Of a stretch of DNA of 64,000 nt, positions 1 through 14,450 are shown in pieces (position 1 is the first letter of the stretch; each line of letters begins with the position of its first letter). The translations under genes were made by a program, and so were the position numbers. The stretch comes from Ruditapes philippinarum (Eukaryota), in the NCBI RefSeq assembly GCF_026571515.1, contig NW_026852366.1:62001-126000 (forward strand), written 5' to 3'. The notes beneath the pieces are model-generated. The model was not told the DNA's origin, did not search any database, and worked only from the letters and a program-made list of their open reading frames with translations.

Positions 1-2212
1 AACGTTTATGCTTATGACAGAAATGACAACTTATGAAACCTCACTTCATTTCATGCGGTCTTTATTCCGAAAATGACCAAATCATACGTTTACAGACTGC
101 ATTTATCTAAAAATGAAAGATCAAACGGACCGACAAACATCAAACAGATAAACAGATTATCAATTCATCAAAGCCCTTTCCCTAAAATTGCAACAGTAAT
201 TTACACATAATTGACTTTGTTCATACACCATAGCCGTAATCATTTGGTGTAGTGACAGTATAGTATATTGTACAATAACATTCATGCAATTAACATTCCA
301 TTAAATATGCAATGATATGAAATTGTTGTTTTTTTCTGTTCAAAGGACATGAAGTACACCATCATGTTCCATTTTTATATTATTTCCCCAAACATATATG
401 TATTTATGTAGTTTTATGAGTTATTTTAACTTTTATTCAAGGCTAAAAATATACTTATATCAAGAGCGGCACGTTTCAAATGTCAAACCCGTTTGTACTT
501 TTAGTGCAATTTAAAGGTTTTGCTAACTGTGAAAGATCGCAACGGTTTACAGACATATGCAGCTTTTTTTATTATAAAATTTTTTTTTTAATCTCCAGAA
601 TGATAAAGAATTCGTTACTAATTGTAAAGAATTAAGAATCTAAAATAAATCCTGTAATGAAAGGTAACACACAATTTCTTGAATACTGAACACTTTTCAA
701 CTAGCCTAGATATGAATTTGTAATGTAATTAAAATCAAGAAAAATGCCGAATATATTGGAGGGCCACATTTGAGTTTCGACAAGAGTTTTTTTTCGTTTT
801 TTTTCTTATGATTTTTTTCTGGTCTTTCGGGATCATTGATGCCGGTATTTTTGAGTGTTAAGAATTGAGTACCGCTCAAGCCGGTGCTAGGGGGCGTGAG
901 GGATGCTGCACTTATTCACCCATGTACAGACTCAATCAAATCAAGTCAGCAATTTTCATGTAATTTTGTTGTAATTAATGCTTTGAATTTTTTACATTTG
1001 TGATGTTGCCATTAAGCCCTTTCAGGACACATACTTTCCTTGACACTGTCTTAGTTACATAGCGGTCCTCTCGTTTGTCCAATGCACTTCCAAGAACGCC
1101 CGATAGGTCCCTATGATGACAAGATGGACGAAATCTGGCTACCCTGTTCTGCATTGTATGTATATATTCTGTTGATCAGCCGTCTATTCATTAATAATAG
1201 GTATAATACTTGTACACTAAATGTACTCTTTAAAAAATGGTATTATATAACGGTCTAGAACTTCTTTTAAAATAACAAGAAATAGTATCTGTTAGGAAGA
1301 GCGATGCACACAACAGGTACACACAGATATTGGTCAAATATGATCGAATGCTTTATAATAAATTAAATTATAAATAAATTAAAATATAAATAAATATAAT
1401 GAAATAGGTTCAAAATGTATTCAATAAAATGTAAAGACTTAGAGAAGATGAAAGGATGGAGTAACTCGATCCTCGTTGTTGTGGTAGGTAGGTGGAGTGT
1501 AGACTGGCCGTTGACTGTCGATACAAATTGGCATGAATCTGGGGCATGCTGCTTTAAAGAAACTAACTCTAAGAAAATTCATAGTTCGTCTGTTGCTTTA
1601 TATTATTTCCGCAAACATCTCGACAACAATGGTGTCATCACAAAGTAGCGTCAACAACAGTTACAAATATTAGTCGAAGATCTGGTTAGCATAAGAACAT
1701 CATTGCAGTGATACGCGCATTGTAAATTAAACAATTTATTTAAGTTATTTCCTACTTTCATGCATGTTTTGTATTACCTTTTCTTTTTCTATTTCAAATA
1801 AAAAAAAAAACAATAAAAAAATTACCATACCTTACACTTATTTTAAAATTAATGATATTATTGGTATCTGTATATTTCTCTAAAAGTTGTCCTTAAAAAG
1901 ACATTTTATAACCAAATGCATTCTATCAAACATGAAAAAAGAAAAAAATTTCCGGCACATGGTCCTGTCCGGCAAAGGGTCAGAATACAGTACGCTGGAA
2001 GAAACACTTTCCAACTTTTGTCCAAAATATCTCACTCAAATTTGCCAGAAATCGTTTGCCTATCTCTAACACATAATTTCAGTGGAAAAGGTATGACTTC
2101 AACGTTCAAAGTAATGAGGGTGAAAGCTATTAATAAGTTTTATTTACTACAATTGTACAACATTGCCTCATTGGAATAAAACATGAAATAGGTACAAATT
2201 GCACTCTGTTCT

Positions 2213-5200
2213 TCAGCATTTTGGAACGCGTAGCTCTCCCGCATTTGTTTTACCTTTACCTTTCTTCCCTTCTAGAGGCATATCTTTAATCTTCTCAACT
2301 AGGAACCTAAATAAAGACAAAAACAATTCAATGAGCACCATGTTCAAACGTAACAAGATGTATAGTTGCAATGCCATATGTGACGAAGATAGGATTAAAA
2401 TTATATATGAAAGGGAAAAATATAATGTTTGGTTGAAAAATTGCCGTTCTTTGCAAAATCTTTACTTAACCCTTAGTCCTTTTAGTGGCGACAGATTAAA
2501 CTCATGTGATCAGTGCAAACCCAACCAAGAAATCAGCGGCCAATTTGTGCCATTTGATAGTCAAAAATGTCTATTTTCAGTCAATATTTTTAATTTCGTC
2601 TGTATGGTTTTATCTCCGTATTAAGGCATGTTAAGGGTAAAAGAAAATCATAATATCATTAATTAAATATACGTTCTAAGCATAAAATGAGCACCCGCTG
2701 AACTTATATCACTTGCCGAATTATACATACCACCAGAAAGAAACTCAATATAATTATTATCGACCTTTTATGTCAGTGATTGACCTTTGATCTTGAACGT
2801 CACGTTCACGTTACATCTTGAATGTAACCTGGAAGAATGGTCGGATACCGCCATTATGTCACTTTTTATTATAATGGTAGCGCCAGAGTTAACAAACTTA
2901 CCTCACATCCGTGTCCTGCAAATCTTCAACATTGGTACACAACACCTCGATGAACCGGTTTTTAATCCGCTCTTTTATGTCTCTTTTTGACGAAGTCCCG
3001 TATACATCTTGTACAGCATCTGACAGCGTATATGAGTTTTTCTTCATAAAATTGAGAATCTTCCCCCATTTGGTTGGGTTTGAAGTGAAAGATTTTAATA
3101 TAAGGAGCGTTTCATCCCTGCCTACCACATTTACATCGGCTGCTGTGGTAATCTGTGGCTCTGGAGAAGTAGAAATCTCGCCTGTAAAGTATCGTTATAT
3201 CTTTAATATTCGAGTTCTAGAAGAAAGGTTCTAGAATAGACTCTTTAAGAGACCTCGAACATGTTCAAACACAAATCAAAAATGCATTCTAAAATGAGTT
3301 TAATGATTTCGATAACAGTCTGCCAATTAAGATTTCTTTAATTTAATGTAATCTTAAGGGGCAAAATTTTATTCTGTCAAATGATGTTTTTGATTTATTT
3401 CAAATAAATATACCCAACAAAATAGTCATAAATTTTCCTATATAAAAAAATGGATCATTAATTTGAGTAGTGGTATATGTAACAATATGCTTCTTTTTCT
3501 GACTACATTTTATTTAATATACACGTAGTGTGGGTTCGAATACAACCAAGGAGAATGAGGAGCTGTTATTTATGTATTCAGCCGATAATCTCTAAGATTT
3601 GAACTTATGTTCGTGCAATAAATTTTTTATCACCCCTCACTTTTTTCGTAATGGTAATTTCCCATAGGCCCCTGGGAGTTAATCTTACTGTAAATGTAAG
3701 TGCACCAGGTGAATTTTGTACTTATTACTTTTTAACAGTATAAAATCTGGTCACGTGGTCTATTTTCTAAAATAAAAAGAAATAAAATGGCCGCCATTTT
3801 CTTTCTTGATTCATGAATTCTTATGTTCGAAGTTAAACACGATAGGACACCTATAAAATTTAGTTCTTTCCACCCTAGAGTGCTTTTTGCGTATAAAATA
3901 TCTTTTTGTTGAATAGTCAAAAAGTAAACATCCGTTTTCAACAGAAGTAATTATAATTGTTATGCGAATAATAATGTGTCAAACTGGGACATGCAGACGA
4001 TTAAAGCATGCAACAAAGGATCATTTAACAATTTTAACCAGTAAAACTGACAAACACAGGATATCATTGTGTTATTTTGTAAATGCACTTTGTCAAAAAC
4101 CATGCGAAGAGAATATTCTGGATACAGAAGGATCATATTTCACAGATCATAACCGTATAAATGGGTTTGTGTTTTGTTTTCTAAATAAAACGCAGTTTAT
4201 TGTGTGTTTATCATTGGTAGATATCATCACTTGTATAAAGAATAAAAGAGAGAAAAAAAACTTCTCAAATATGCCTACAGTACACTTAAAACCTAAAAGG
4301 TAAGGATAGTTTAGATATTGTTACTCTTGGTTTATTTTGTTTAAATTTAGATTTTACTTGACAATTTTAGATCATCGCAGATTTTGTTCGAGGCTATGCC
4401 TCGGGTAACAGTATTTTCCTCGGGATGATAGTTTTACTGTTACCCACAAACCCATGTGTTATTTATGTTATGTCAGTTGGAAAATTATAAGAATTCTATA
4501 CTGTCACTGATGCTACTATCATTTACATCACCAAAACTACAACAACTACTACTGCCACCACAACCATCAATACTACTATTTTCACTATTACATAGCCACT
4601 TCTCCTGCCACCGCCATCCCCCACCACACACCACCACCAACATTACCACCACGACTTATACTTAAGTAACAACAATCTACTTTTACTAACATTTCCCCTT
4701 ATTTTCCTCCCCTCCCTTATGAACGACTTCCACCTATCGCTGTCGCTGAAAACAAAGCATAACATTTAATTTTTATACTTTACTTCTTTCACTTACACTT
4801 TGATTAATACTTTTACTACCACAACTAACACAACCACTATCTATATAATCTATATTGTTACTTACCCATTTACTGTCACTTATTCGACTACTTCTACAAC
4901 CACTTCAACAACCACCACCATCACTACCACAACCACCACTATATCTACTGTTACTAACCGGTATCCTCTTCAGTCACTTCTACGACTCTTTCTACGACCA
5001 CTACCACCACCACCACCACCACAACTATCACTAACACTTCCAGTACCACCACTACTACTACTACAACTACTACCACCACCACTACCACTACTAGTGCTAG
5101 TACACTACGTTGAACTACTATTTTTTCTATCACCATTTGCAGAAAAAAACAACGAAAACAATATTATTATATTAATGACGATGATGATGATGATGATAGT

Positions 5201-7971
5201 GATGATGCTGATGATGATGATGTTGATGCTGATGATGAAATAGTAGAAGACGATAAAGTTGATTTTGTTGTTGATGATGAAGACCACGATGATGATGGTT
5301 ACGAAAGAAAAGAACAATAAGAAGATTTTGCTGCTACTGATGGTGATGATGATGATAATGCTTAAAAAATAAATAAGATGAAATACTTGACGATCCTTGA
5401 AAATCGTTGTAGAAACGTCCCAAAGTGGTAAGTTCTGAACGGTCGGGTTTTAATAGACTTGCAGATGTGGTAACAAATCCAGACGTCTTTATTCTTGCTG
5501 AATACCAGGAATATCTACAACCGAAGATGTAAATGTATAGTAATAATGGTTATATCATTTGCGTAGTTGGTATACTTTAAAATATGATTAATTCAATATT
5601 ATATATACTGACATTTTTTTAATTGGTTTAAAATAAATGAATACCGAATAAAATGACATGAGTATGTTTCTGTGTTTAATACGAAGACACATCATATTTC
5701 TGTGTGATTGTTAGCCCAATCTAAACTAAAGACGCTTAAAAGCTTTTTTTTTTATTTCTTGGGGGTATTTTCTCACAACCCAAATAATTATATTGGAGAA
5801 ACAAAGTGAGCGAATAATCTGCGCTTTTGCAATCAAGTTAATGGTCCTGACCTACATGAAATATTTGGTAAACAAGTCTTAAAAAAATCAATTCTGTCAT
5901 GTATAAACGCCTCAGTTTAGTCAACTAAATATGCTTACAAAAATGTGTGTTTATATTCGATTCACTATAACATATCATCACTGTCAATAAGTTTCCCGAA
6001 TATTAAAAAAAAATGTTAAAAAGTAATAACTGTAACATAAATATTGTTGGAAAACTAAATCAAAATTCATCTTCTTGATATAATATAACGAAAACGGAAG
6101 TTAGTGTTCAGTTTAAAAAGTTTTGATGAATTGAGCAGTAACTGTGAAATAGCGGTAACAATATAAATTATTAGGAACATTTTGTATACCTGAAAACAAA
6201 ATCGGCGTCCTCCAGCGCTGGTAGTATTTGTTCCATAAAATCTAATTGTTCCATCTCATATGTTGTTTGGCCACAAGCAAACTCAGTGAGCCAAATCTTT
6301 CGATTGTATCTTTTGAAGAGTTGCCACAAGTAATTCATCACTTTACCAGGGTCACACCAATACGTGTGTGCCGCTAGGTAATCCACTCTACAATCTTTGC
6401 AAAGCTCGAAAAACTTATCGAACCATTCAAAGTCGTTGACATTACACTCATAACCGCAAGGGGCAGCTGAAGGGCTCACAAGCTTTCTTCCATCAGAATT
6501 CTTTTCAACTTCTTTCCACGCAGCAGCAGCTTTCTCAGGTGACATATTTGATTGTTTCTTGTGATTTGGCTCATTGAAACCAAGGACAAACTGTTGTGAC
6601 TCGTCCGGAAGGTTAATCACAGTATCTCTCCAATATCCCCAAACCATGGGGACATAGTTATACAAATAAGTATCAACGCTGGATGTACAAATGTCGTTCT
6701 TGTGGAAATAGTCAAGATTCATTCTGAAGTCATACCTGTGTAAAGATACCTTCTATTTATATATGAAAAAACTAAAATTTCGATTTAAAAAAATCAAGTT
6801 TGTTCATATTTAGTTATTTATCCATCAGTTAAATCAATGATATCTTGAACGTATTGATACTGTATCTCAAAGAAATTTGATAAATTTTCATAAAAGTTCA
6901 TATGAAACAAACATGGCGTAGTCCGAATCGCCTCCTAAATGAAAAAAATGATGTCACTCAAAAGGGAAGATTCTAGATAAGTTCTTAGCTTGAATACGAT
7001 TTAAAGAAATCGTTGCTGATTAAAAAGTCATAGTCGGAAACTATATCCGCCATATTTGCTAATATGCTTCTTATTCGCATGAATTTTTATATTTTTGTTT
7101 AACGAGAACTTAATATGAATTTCCGTTTATTATTTTCAAATTGTTGTTCAGAGTAACTGACGCTTTTTTAGGTACCCCCCCCCCCCAAAAAAAAAGCTGT
7201 TATCATTCACATATAACCATGGTATTTTGTTTCATTGGTTATTTTTCTCATGTTACTGTTCATAGAAAATTTGCTGTAGAATTTAAATGTATTTTAAAAA
7301 AAAAATCACATACACGTGCTGCTTTTGCGATTCTGTAAAAATGGCACTGCATAGCCGTACTTTAATTTTGACGTGACGTCATTTGCGTTAAACAAATATA
7401 GCGTTTACAGGCGCGAAATGCTAACGTTATCATATAGGCGCGTCATTTTTTTCTACTTCAAACGGTATTTATATTTGGCATGTGATAAATAGAGGATTCA
7501 AGAATTCGTGAAAGTTTATTACCGAATTTATTGAACTCGTTTAATAAAATAATAATTTACTCGCCAGAGGCTTGCATAATATATATTTTTATCCAACTCG
7601 CTCAATTAATTCAGTATTTGTTATCCCAGGAAAACGGATTAAGCAAATGATTGGATATATATTTTGATTAAGACATACATCCCTTTGTACACAAATCTTC
7701 AAAAATATGTTCGGTCCCTCAATGTCAAAAATTAAAAACTTAGTTAAGCCCATAACGTACAAATTAAAAACAAATATAAGTACTGACTTTTATTTACATA
7801 CGTTTTACAAATAAATAAAAAGACTTACCACCAATTAATGTTGTCTAAAACTTTAAAATCATCGCATTCATAGCTGTCAGCCCAATGTACAACTCCTTTT
7901 TTCACTGACCCTTTGACGGTACAGGCCAAAGCGACAAAAACAAGACCACAGTTCCATACCACTTGCATCAT
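2213..7971 (-). CDS. Secreted GH128 beta-1,3-glucanase-like protein, paralogue 1 (~396 aa; signal peptide + GH128 + short linker + helical C-terminal domain)
   Basis: Exons 7829-7971, 6190-6735, 5387-5514, 2902-3181, 2213-2306; all GT-AG and phase-consistent (total 1191 nt). Starts MMQVVWNCGLVFVALACTVKGSVKKGVVHW. Carries the GH128/clan GH-A motifs YVPMVWG, VLGFNEPN (acid/base Glu), LVSPS, DYLAAHTY, KIWLTEFA (nucleophile Glu), RYSWYS. Ends ...GELRVPKC*. AATAAA on the - strand at 2139-2144. The exon 3 donor (gtattt) is weak but sits at the same position as in the paralogues. Confidence 0.88.
4490..5360. repeat. Low-complexity trinucleotide tracts (ACC/ACT)n then (GAT)n in intron 3 of GH128-1
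   Basis: Degenerate microsatellites that generate the spurious poly-T/P/V/M/I ORFs in the track. Confidence 0.85.
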
Positions 7972-8269
7972 GTTTTATGTTTTTTTTCTAAAGTGTAATT
8001 TTATAAGCCACGTTTATGTTTATGACAGAAATGACAACCTATGAAAACTCACTTCATTGACCACCTTTTTGTAAACAAAAATAGTTCGGCTAATCAGGAC
8101 AAAAGAGGCAATCCCTTCAAAATGAATCGAAATTAGTCTTACAAAGCGGGTGTTCGGGTAGAAATTACAAAATGTCGACTTTATTCTGCTAATTACAAAT
8201 TTGAAATTAATCTAATGCAACCAAATTTATGCGTAATTAATAAATGATAAAGATAAAAAATAATAGTAA

Positions 8270-11200
8270 AACAAGTAAATTCCACATTTAATTGGAAAAC
8301 ACGTTCCTGACATGCTTTTATCGCATGTGATGTTGCAAACTCTGTACTTTTTATTTGTAGATATTGAATCAATCTTTTAATTAAATGGTATGTTGTAAAA
8401 GACGACACACCTTATAAAGCCTTGCTTGTTTTTTTAAAGAAAAATTTTTAAAATTAAATTTTTTGAAAAATAAAATTTTGAATGGAAAAACAACCATTCT
8501 CCATAACATTTAGTACATAAAGACGCCTTTTACGGGGCATAAAAGTTGACACAAACATGCACCGTTTACAATAAGGGAAAGCTTTGATTCTCTATTACTA
8601 GGTTATAAATGAAGTACGCAGCTGCAAAACCTATATAAGACACAGTAAGCACTTCGTCAAAGAGGGCTTTGTGTATTCGTCCAATACAATTCAGTACTGT
8701 TCTCAATAATGAATAATAACCTTAAAATTTATGATAATATTAACAATGTTAGAAACAGCTGTACAATGATTGATTATGATAATACATTATATATACTGTA
8801 ATAAAGATGTCACACATTGAAAAGTATACATTGTGAAATGTTAATATCTTTAGGTAAAGTGAAAACCATGTCATTCATGTCGACAAAGGCAGCATTTCAG
8901 CATGAATACAACACGACTGAAATGTTCATGTACATATTACATGTATTAGCAAATCTTTACTGAACATCATGCAATAAAACAATAAAAACATTGTTGATAT
9001 TAGCATATCAATATTTTATATATTTAATCAGTATTTTCAATATAATTATACTTGATATGATATATGCCATGGAATATCAATGTAAGGTACAATAGGGGAC
9101 GGCTCTTTATCCGATTGCACTCATTACGGGGGAAATAAATGAGCAACTTTTGCGGAAGAAAAAAAAATCGGAGTAGTAACAATTTAAAGCAAAATTGATT
9201 AGACAGTAGTAGCAGCATTGTATGACCAGAGAGAATAATCACATTGCAGTGAGGGTTACCGCAATATAACTTAAGGCATCTGACTACTTTTTAACATATA
9301 TTAAACTTGGATCACCGGTTTATTGCATTCTATAAAATTTAATGAACATTTGTAATATAGAACGAATGAAGTGTATATTTTAAATATACACTTTTATTTA
9401 ATTTTACCCATGAACTTTGATGCTTTACTTAATTTAAGCCATATATCAGTCAAATTTATTTCATATTTTTTTCAAAATTAATATGAAATATAAATATAAA
9501 AGTGGGCGGAGTCAATACTCATATTTATTTTCAGGTACTTCTTTCGCATTTTGTTTGAAAAATCTGATAAATACAAAACAACTTTTGTTGAATTTTGTTT
9601 TGAAAACTATTTAGAATGATAGAAAATGGTCTAACCAAGAAATTAAATACGAACACCAATATCTTTAATTCTAACACGACCCGCATTTTCCCCTGTTGAG
9701 CATGGAAGAACCGAAAGTGTGTGTTATTATGGTAAAAAATCACTGTTTGACGTTCTATATTTAGACATGTGACGTAATCATTGTACACGTGATGTAACCA
9801 CTAAAATGTGACGTGCTGACAATAACTACGGAAACAAATCAGGCGTAATTTAGCTAAATATCAGGTACGGCAGCATTTATTTTTTGATGTCCTGTTAGAA
9901 TCGAAATAATATATCCAAATCGATTTTATCGCATGATAACAACACTGTTTGTCGTTCGGATGCGCATCAGTATATCACTCGGGCTACGCCCTCGTGATAT
10001 AATTCCCCGCATCCGAACTCCAAACAGTGATGTTATTTAACAGTGACGTCACAATGTAGCGCTAAATATCGCGTGTAAAACAAGACAATAATTATATTAC
10101 TGCGCGCTGCACAATTGCAGTTGCGTAACAAGCAAGGGGGTTCGTAACCATTATTCTTTGATGATGAAATTAAATAAAAAGGTTATTTTCGTTTTTTTGT
10201 GAAATATGGAATATATTTTCACTTTTCATGATAAAATGCCACATATTTCACGAAAAATGAAAAAAATATCAGTCACATAAATAAAATAAATATAAAACAT
10301 AAATATAAAGGTGGGCGGAGTCAAAGCTCATATTAAGTTTAAGGGACTTCTTTCGCCATCTGATAAATAAAAGTTGTTTTTTTTTTGTTGAATTTTGTTT
10401 TGAAAACTATCTAAAATGATAGAAAATGGTCTAACCAAGAAAACGAATCGGAACAGCAATATCTTTAATTCAGTCATTAACGCTGTACAGACGTGAAAAG
10501 AGTTGTTTACATGACGTCACAATGTAGCGCCAAACTTCGCGTGCAAAACAAGACGTATCTATAAACAATCATTCTAACACGACCCAAATGTTTCCCCATA
10601 GAACATAGAAGAACCGAAAGTGTGTGTAATTATGCATTAAAATCACAGTTTGACGTTCTATATATAGACACGTGACGTAACCACTAAAAATGTGACGCGC
10701 TGAAAATAATTAGGGAAATAAATCAGGCGCAATATAGGTTAATATCAGGTACGGCAGCATTTATTTGTTGATGTCGTGTTAGAATCGAAATAACATATCC
10801 AAAACAGTGATTTTATCGCTGTCGTTCGGATGCGCATCATATTATATCACTCGGGCTACGCCCTCGTGATATAATTCCTCTCATCTGAACTCCAAACAGT
10901 GATATTATTGGACGATAAAATCACTGTTTTGGATATATTAGTTCTATATAAAAATAAATATATATATATATATATAAATATATTACAGCGTGCTGTCGAT
11001 TGCAGTTGCGTAACAAGCAAGGGGGTTCGTAACCATTTTTCTTTGATAATAAAATTAAATTAAAAGGTTATTTTTTCGTTTTTCGTGAAATATGGTATAT
11101 ATTATCACTCAGCATGATAAAATGCCACATATTTTCACCAGAAATATGTGGCACTTTATCATATTTCGTGAAAATATATTCCATATTTCACGAAAAACGA

Positions 11201-14200
11201 AAAAAATATCCTCTAAATATTTTAATAAATTAGTGTTTTTTATATAAATAAAAAATCTAACAGCGCATTGTAAGACACTTTTATGACAATGTCTAAAATG
11301 AAATTTCGTATATGGACATGTTCCATCGAGTATGGCTACATATCCGATGCAGCATTCGTTTATCACCCGTAGCCATAGAAATATATTTTATAACACTTAA
11401 TTAAACTACATTTGAACTTAATACTTAGTTTCGTCGGCAAATATCGGTCATGTATATCAGAAAACAATCTTAGTCGTGTCAATTATTATCTACATGAAAA
11501 TAATACAAGTTTCCTTACGTCATTCTGAATGTTTACAAATATGCATAGCTTCATAATTTTAATTCAATACACATTTTTAAGCATAACGAGAGATTACACA
11601 TGTTTGCGTAAGTAAAAAGATATCTAGAATGTTCCGTGAAAATGCTAAAAATAAAATGTAAATTTTGCCAACTTTCCTAAATTATTCACTGTTTTAAATG
11701 TGTATATAGAAAAAATGCTAAAATAAAAAAAAGAATCAATACTTATCTATGTAAACTATGTAAATTTTATGTCCAAATTTCTTTAAACATAATTATACTG
11801 TCTGTAAATGTGTATATAGAAACAGGCAAGAATTCGTTTAGAAGCAAGAGAACATAAAGAAGCTGTTCAGGTAAACCACCATGAATACGCTCTACACGAT
11901 GCTATTGGTCCATTAACTTCGGCTCGATGCGTTGCAATTGGAAAAAGACAATCTAACAATCGCAATAAGATGTGGGGCGTCATGACAAAATGGAATCCAT
12001 TGGTCAATTAAATGTTAATGTTCGAAAGTTATTAGTTATTATCTAATGGAAAATTGGACATACTCTTCTCCATACGAGAGAACAAGTAATTTCAGTTTTA
12101 ATTGGAAAATACGTTCCTGGCATGCCTTTATCGCATGTAAGTATGCGAACTCTGTACTTTTACATGCAAATATTGAATCAATATTTCAATTAAAAGGTCT
12201 GTTAATAAAGGCGGTGTGCACCTTATTAACTCCTTGCCCTTTAATAACAAATATTTTAACAGTAATTTTTAGAACATAAATCTTAAAATGGGATAAGCCC
12301 ATCATTCCCATCAAGAACATTGATCGCAAGTAGAGACGACCTTGTTATGGGAGATATTGTATATACATAACACAAGTACCAATATAACAACAAGTAAAAC
12401 AACATTTGATCCCGTATGTTATCCATGTTATAAATTAAGTGTTCGCTCGTATGGTTTCTTTCCGATGGCGAGGATGAACAAGCCCTAACACATACACAGG
12501 AATTGATTTCTAATAACTTTTTTAAGAAAGTCAAACATGACTTTAATAATGTTATACGAATGAATTTAGAGCATGTTGGATGTTTAACAGCTTAGAAAAC
12601 AATCACTAAATGTACATGTAAGGTAATAAAGGTAGAAAAATGTAAACAAAGTAGTATTTTACTTCCGTACAAATACTAATTCACTATAATTATGCCAATC
12701 GTCAACAATACAGAGAGGCAAAAAGTTTGTTATTTAAAGGTGTAACCAGATAACAATAATTTCATTTTTTTAGAGAGATTAAAATGATAGCATTGCTGGG
12801 GCATAATGGACATATAAACATGATTAAATTAGCATTGATTCTAATGAACTCATACATAGCTGCAAAACCTATATCAGACACAGCAAGCAATTCGTCAAAG
12901 AGGGTTTTGACAGCTGTGTATTAGTCCAATAGAATTCAGTATTATACTCAATTATGAATAAAATAACCTCACAATTAATTATCAAATCAACAATGTTAGA
13001 AACAGCTGTACAATGATTGATTATGATAATACATTATATATAATGTAATAAAGATATCACACATTGAAAAATATACATTGCGAAATGTTAATATCTTTAG
13101 GTAAAGTGAAAACCATGTCATTCATGTCGCCAAAGGCAGCATTTCAGCATGAATACAAAACGACTGCAATGTTCATGTACAATCTTGATGTAAGCAAATC
13201 TTTACTGCTGAACATCATGCAATAAAACAATACTAGTAAAAGCATTGTTGCTATTATTTCTTATTAGCATATCAATATTTTATCTATTTAATCAGTATTT
13301 CCAAAATATGATGATATATGCCATGAAATGTCAATGTAAGGAACAATAGGTGACAACTCTCTGATAAAACTGCACTAATTACGGGGGAAATAAACTTTGT
13401 TGCTGAAAAAAGGGGGCATGGCAAAGCAGAAAAAAAATCGAGTTATAGCATTAAAAATAAAATATCATTAGACAGTGGTGGCAGTATTGTATGAGCAGAG
13501 AAAATAATCACATTGCTTTGAGGGTTACCGCAATATAACATAAGGCACTTGATTACTTTTTAACATAGATTTAACATGGATCACCGGCTTATTGCATTCT
13601 ATAAAATAAACTTTAGTAAAATATAACGAATACAGTGTATTTTTAAATATATTTTAATATTTTAGTGTTGTTTATAAATAAAAAAAAACAACAGCCAATT
13701 TAAGATACATATAGGCCAATTACATGAAATATTCGTATGGTGCAGTTCCATCAAATCGGCTACATATCCGGTGCCGCATTCTTTTATCATCCGTATTTAG
13801 TTTTAATTTGACACAAAATTAATTATATTTAAACTCAATTACTAATATTGCCGCGAATTCTGGTAGAATGACGGTGATGCATATCTTAGTCGTGTCAATT
13901 ATTATCTACAAAAAATAATACAAGTTTTCCACTCTTACATTTGAATATTTACAAATACATAACGCATACCTTCATAATTTTGATTCAACGCGCACTCTTT
14001 ATGCATAACGATAGATTGAACATATTCGCGTTAGTAGAATATTATGTTAAATGTTCGGTAAAATCCTTAAAACAAATCAATAATTATTCACGTAAAATGT
14101 GCTAAATTCTGAGACCAACTTTCCTAAAACATTCATAATTATAAATGTGTATATATAAAATACTAAAATTAAAAAGAATCAATACTTATCTATGTAAACT

Positions 14201-14450
14201 ATATACAATTTTAAGTCCAACTTTCCTGAAACATTCACTGTGTATAAATGTGTATATAGAAACCGGTGAGAATCCGTATAGAAGCGAGAGAACATTAAAG
14301 TTATCAGGTTACCACTGTAAATACGCCCGACACGATGCTATTGGTCCATTTACTACGGCTCGATGCGTTGGAATTGGAAAATGCAAATTTAACCAGCTCA
14401 ATCAGAAGTGGGGTCGTTTATGACAAAACGGAATCCATTGGTCAGTTATT
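8270..14450. repeat. Tandem segmental duplication upstream of GH128-1 (unit 1 ~8270-12080, unit 2 ~12080-14450)
   Basis: Matching blocks: 8285 with 12095 (tttaattggaaaa.acgttcctg.catgc), 8620-9385 with 12858-13650, and 11215-12010 with 13645-14445. Confidence 0.85.
9390..11214. mobile_element. ~1.8-kb insertion made of two tandem copies of a hairpin-bearing non-autonomous DNA element
   Basis: Absent from duplication unit 2, where the flanks join near 13650. 9490-10270 resembles 10300-11212. Both copies contain the hairpin atatcactcgggctacgccctcgtgatat (~9972 and ~10844). 11066-11212 is a ~150-bp palindrome. Confidence 0.7.

Noticed and set aside
4456-5317. Thr/Pro/Val/Met-rich ORFs (4456-4665, 4800-5243, 4954-5136, 5105-5317) as a mucin gene or extra linker exon
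   Set aside because: These are translations of intronic microsatellites. Exon 3 joins exon 4 in frame without them, and no convincing splice pair was found.
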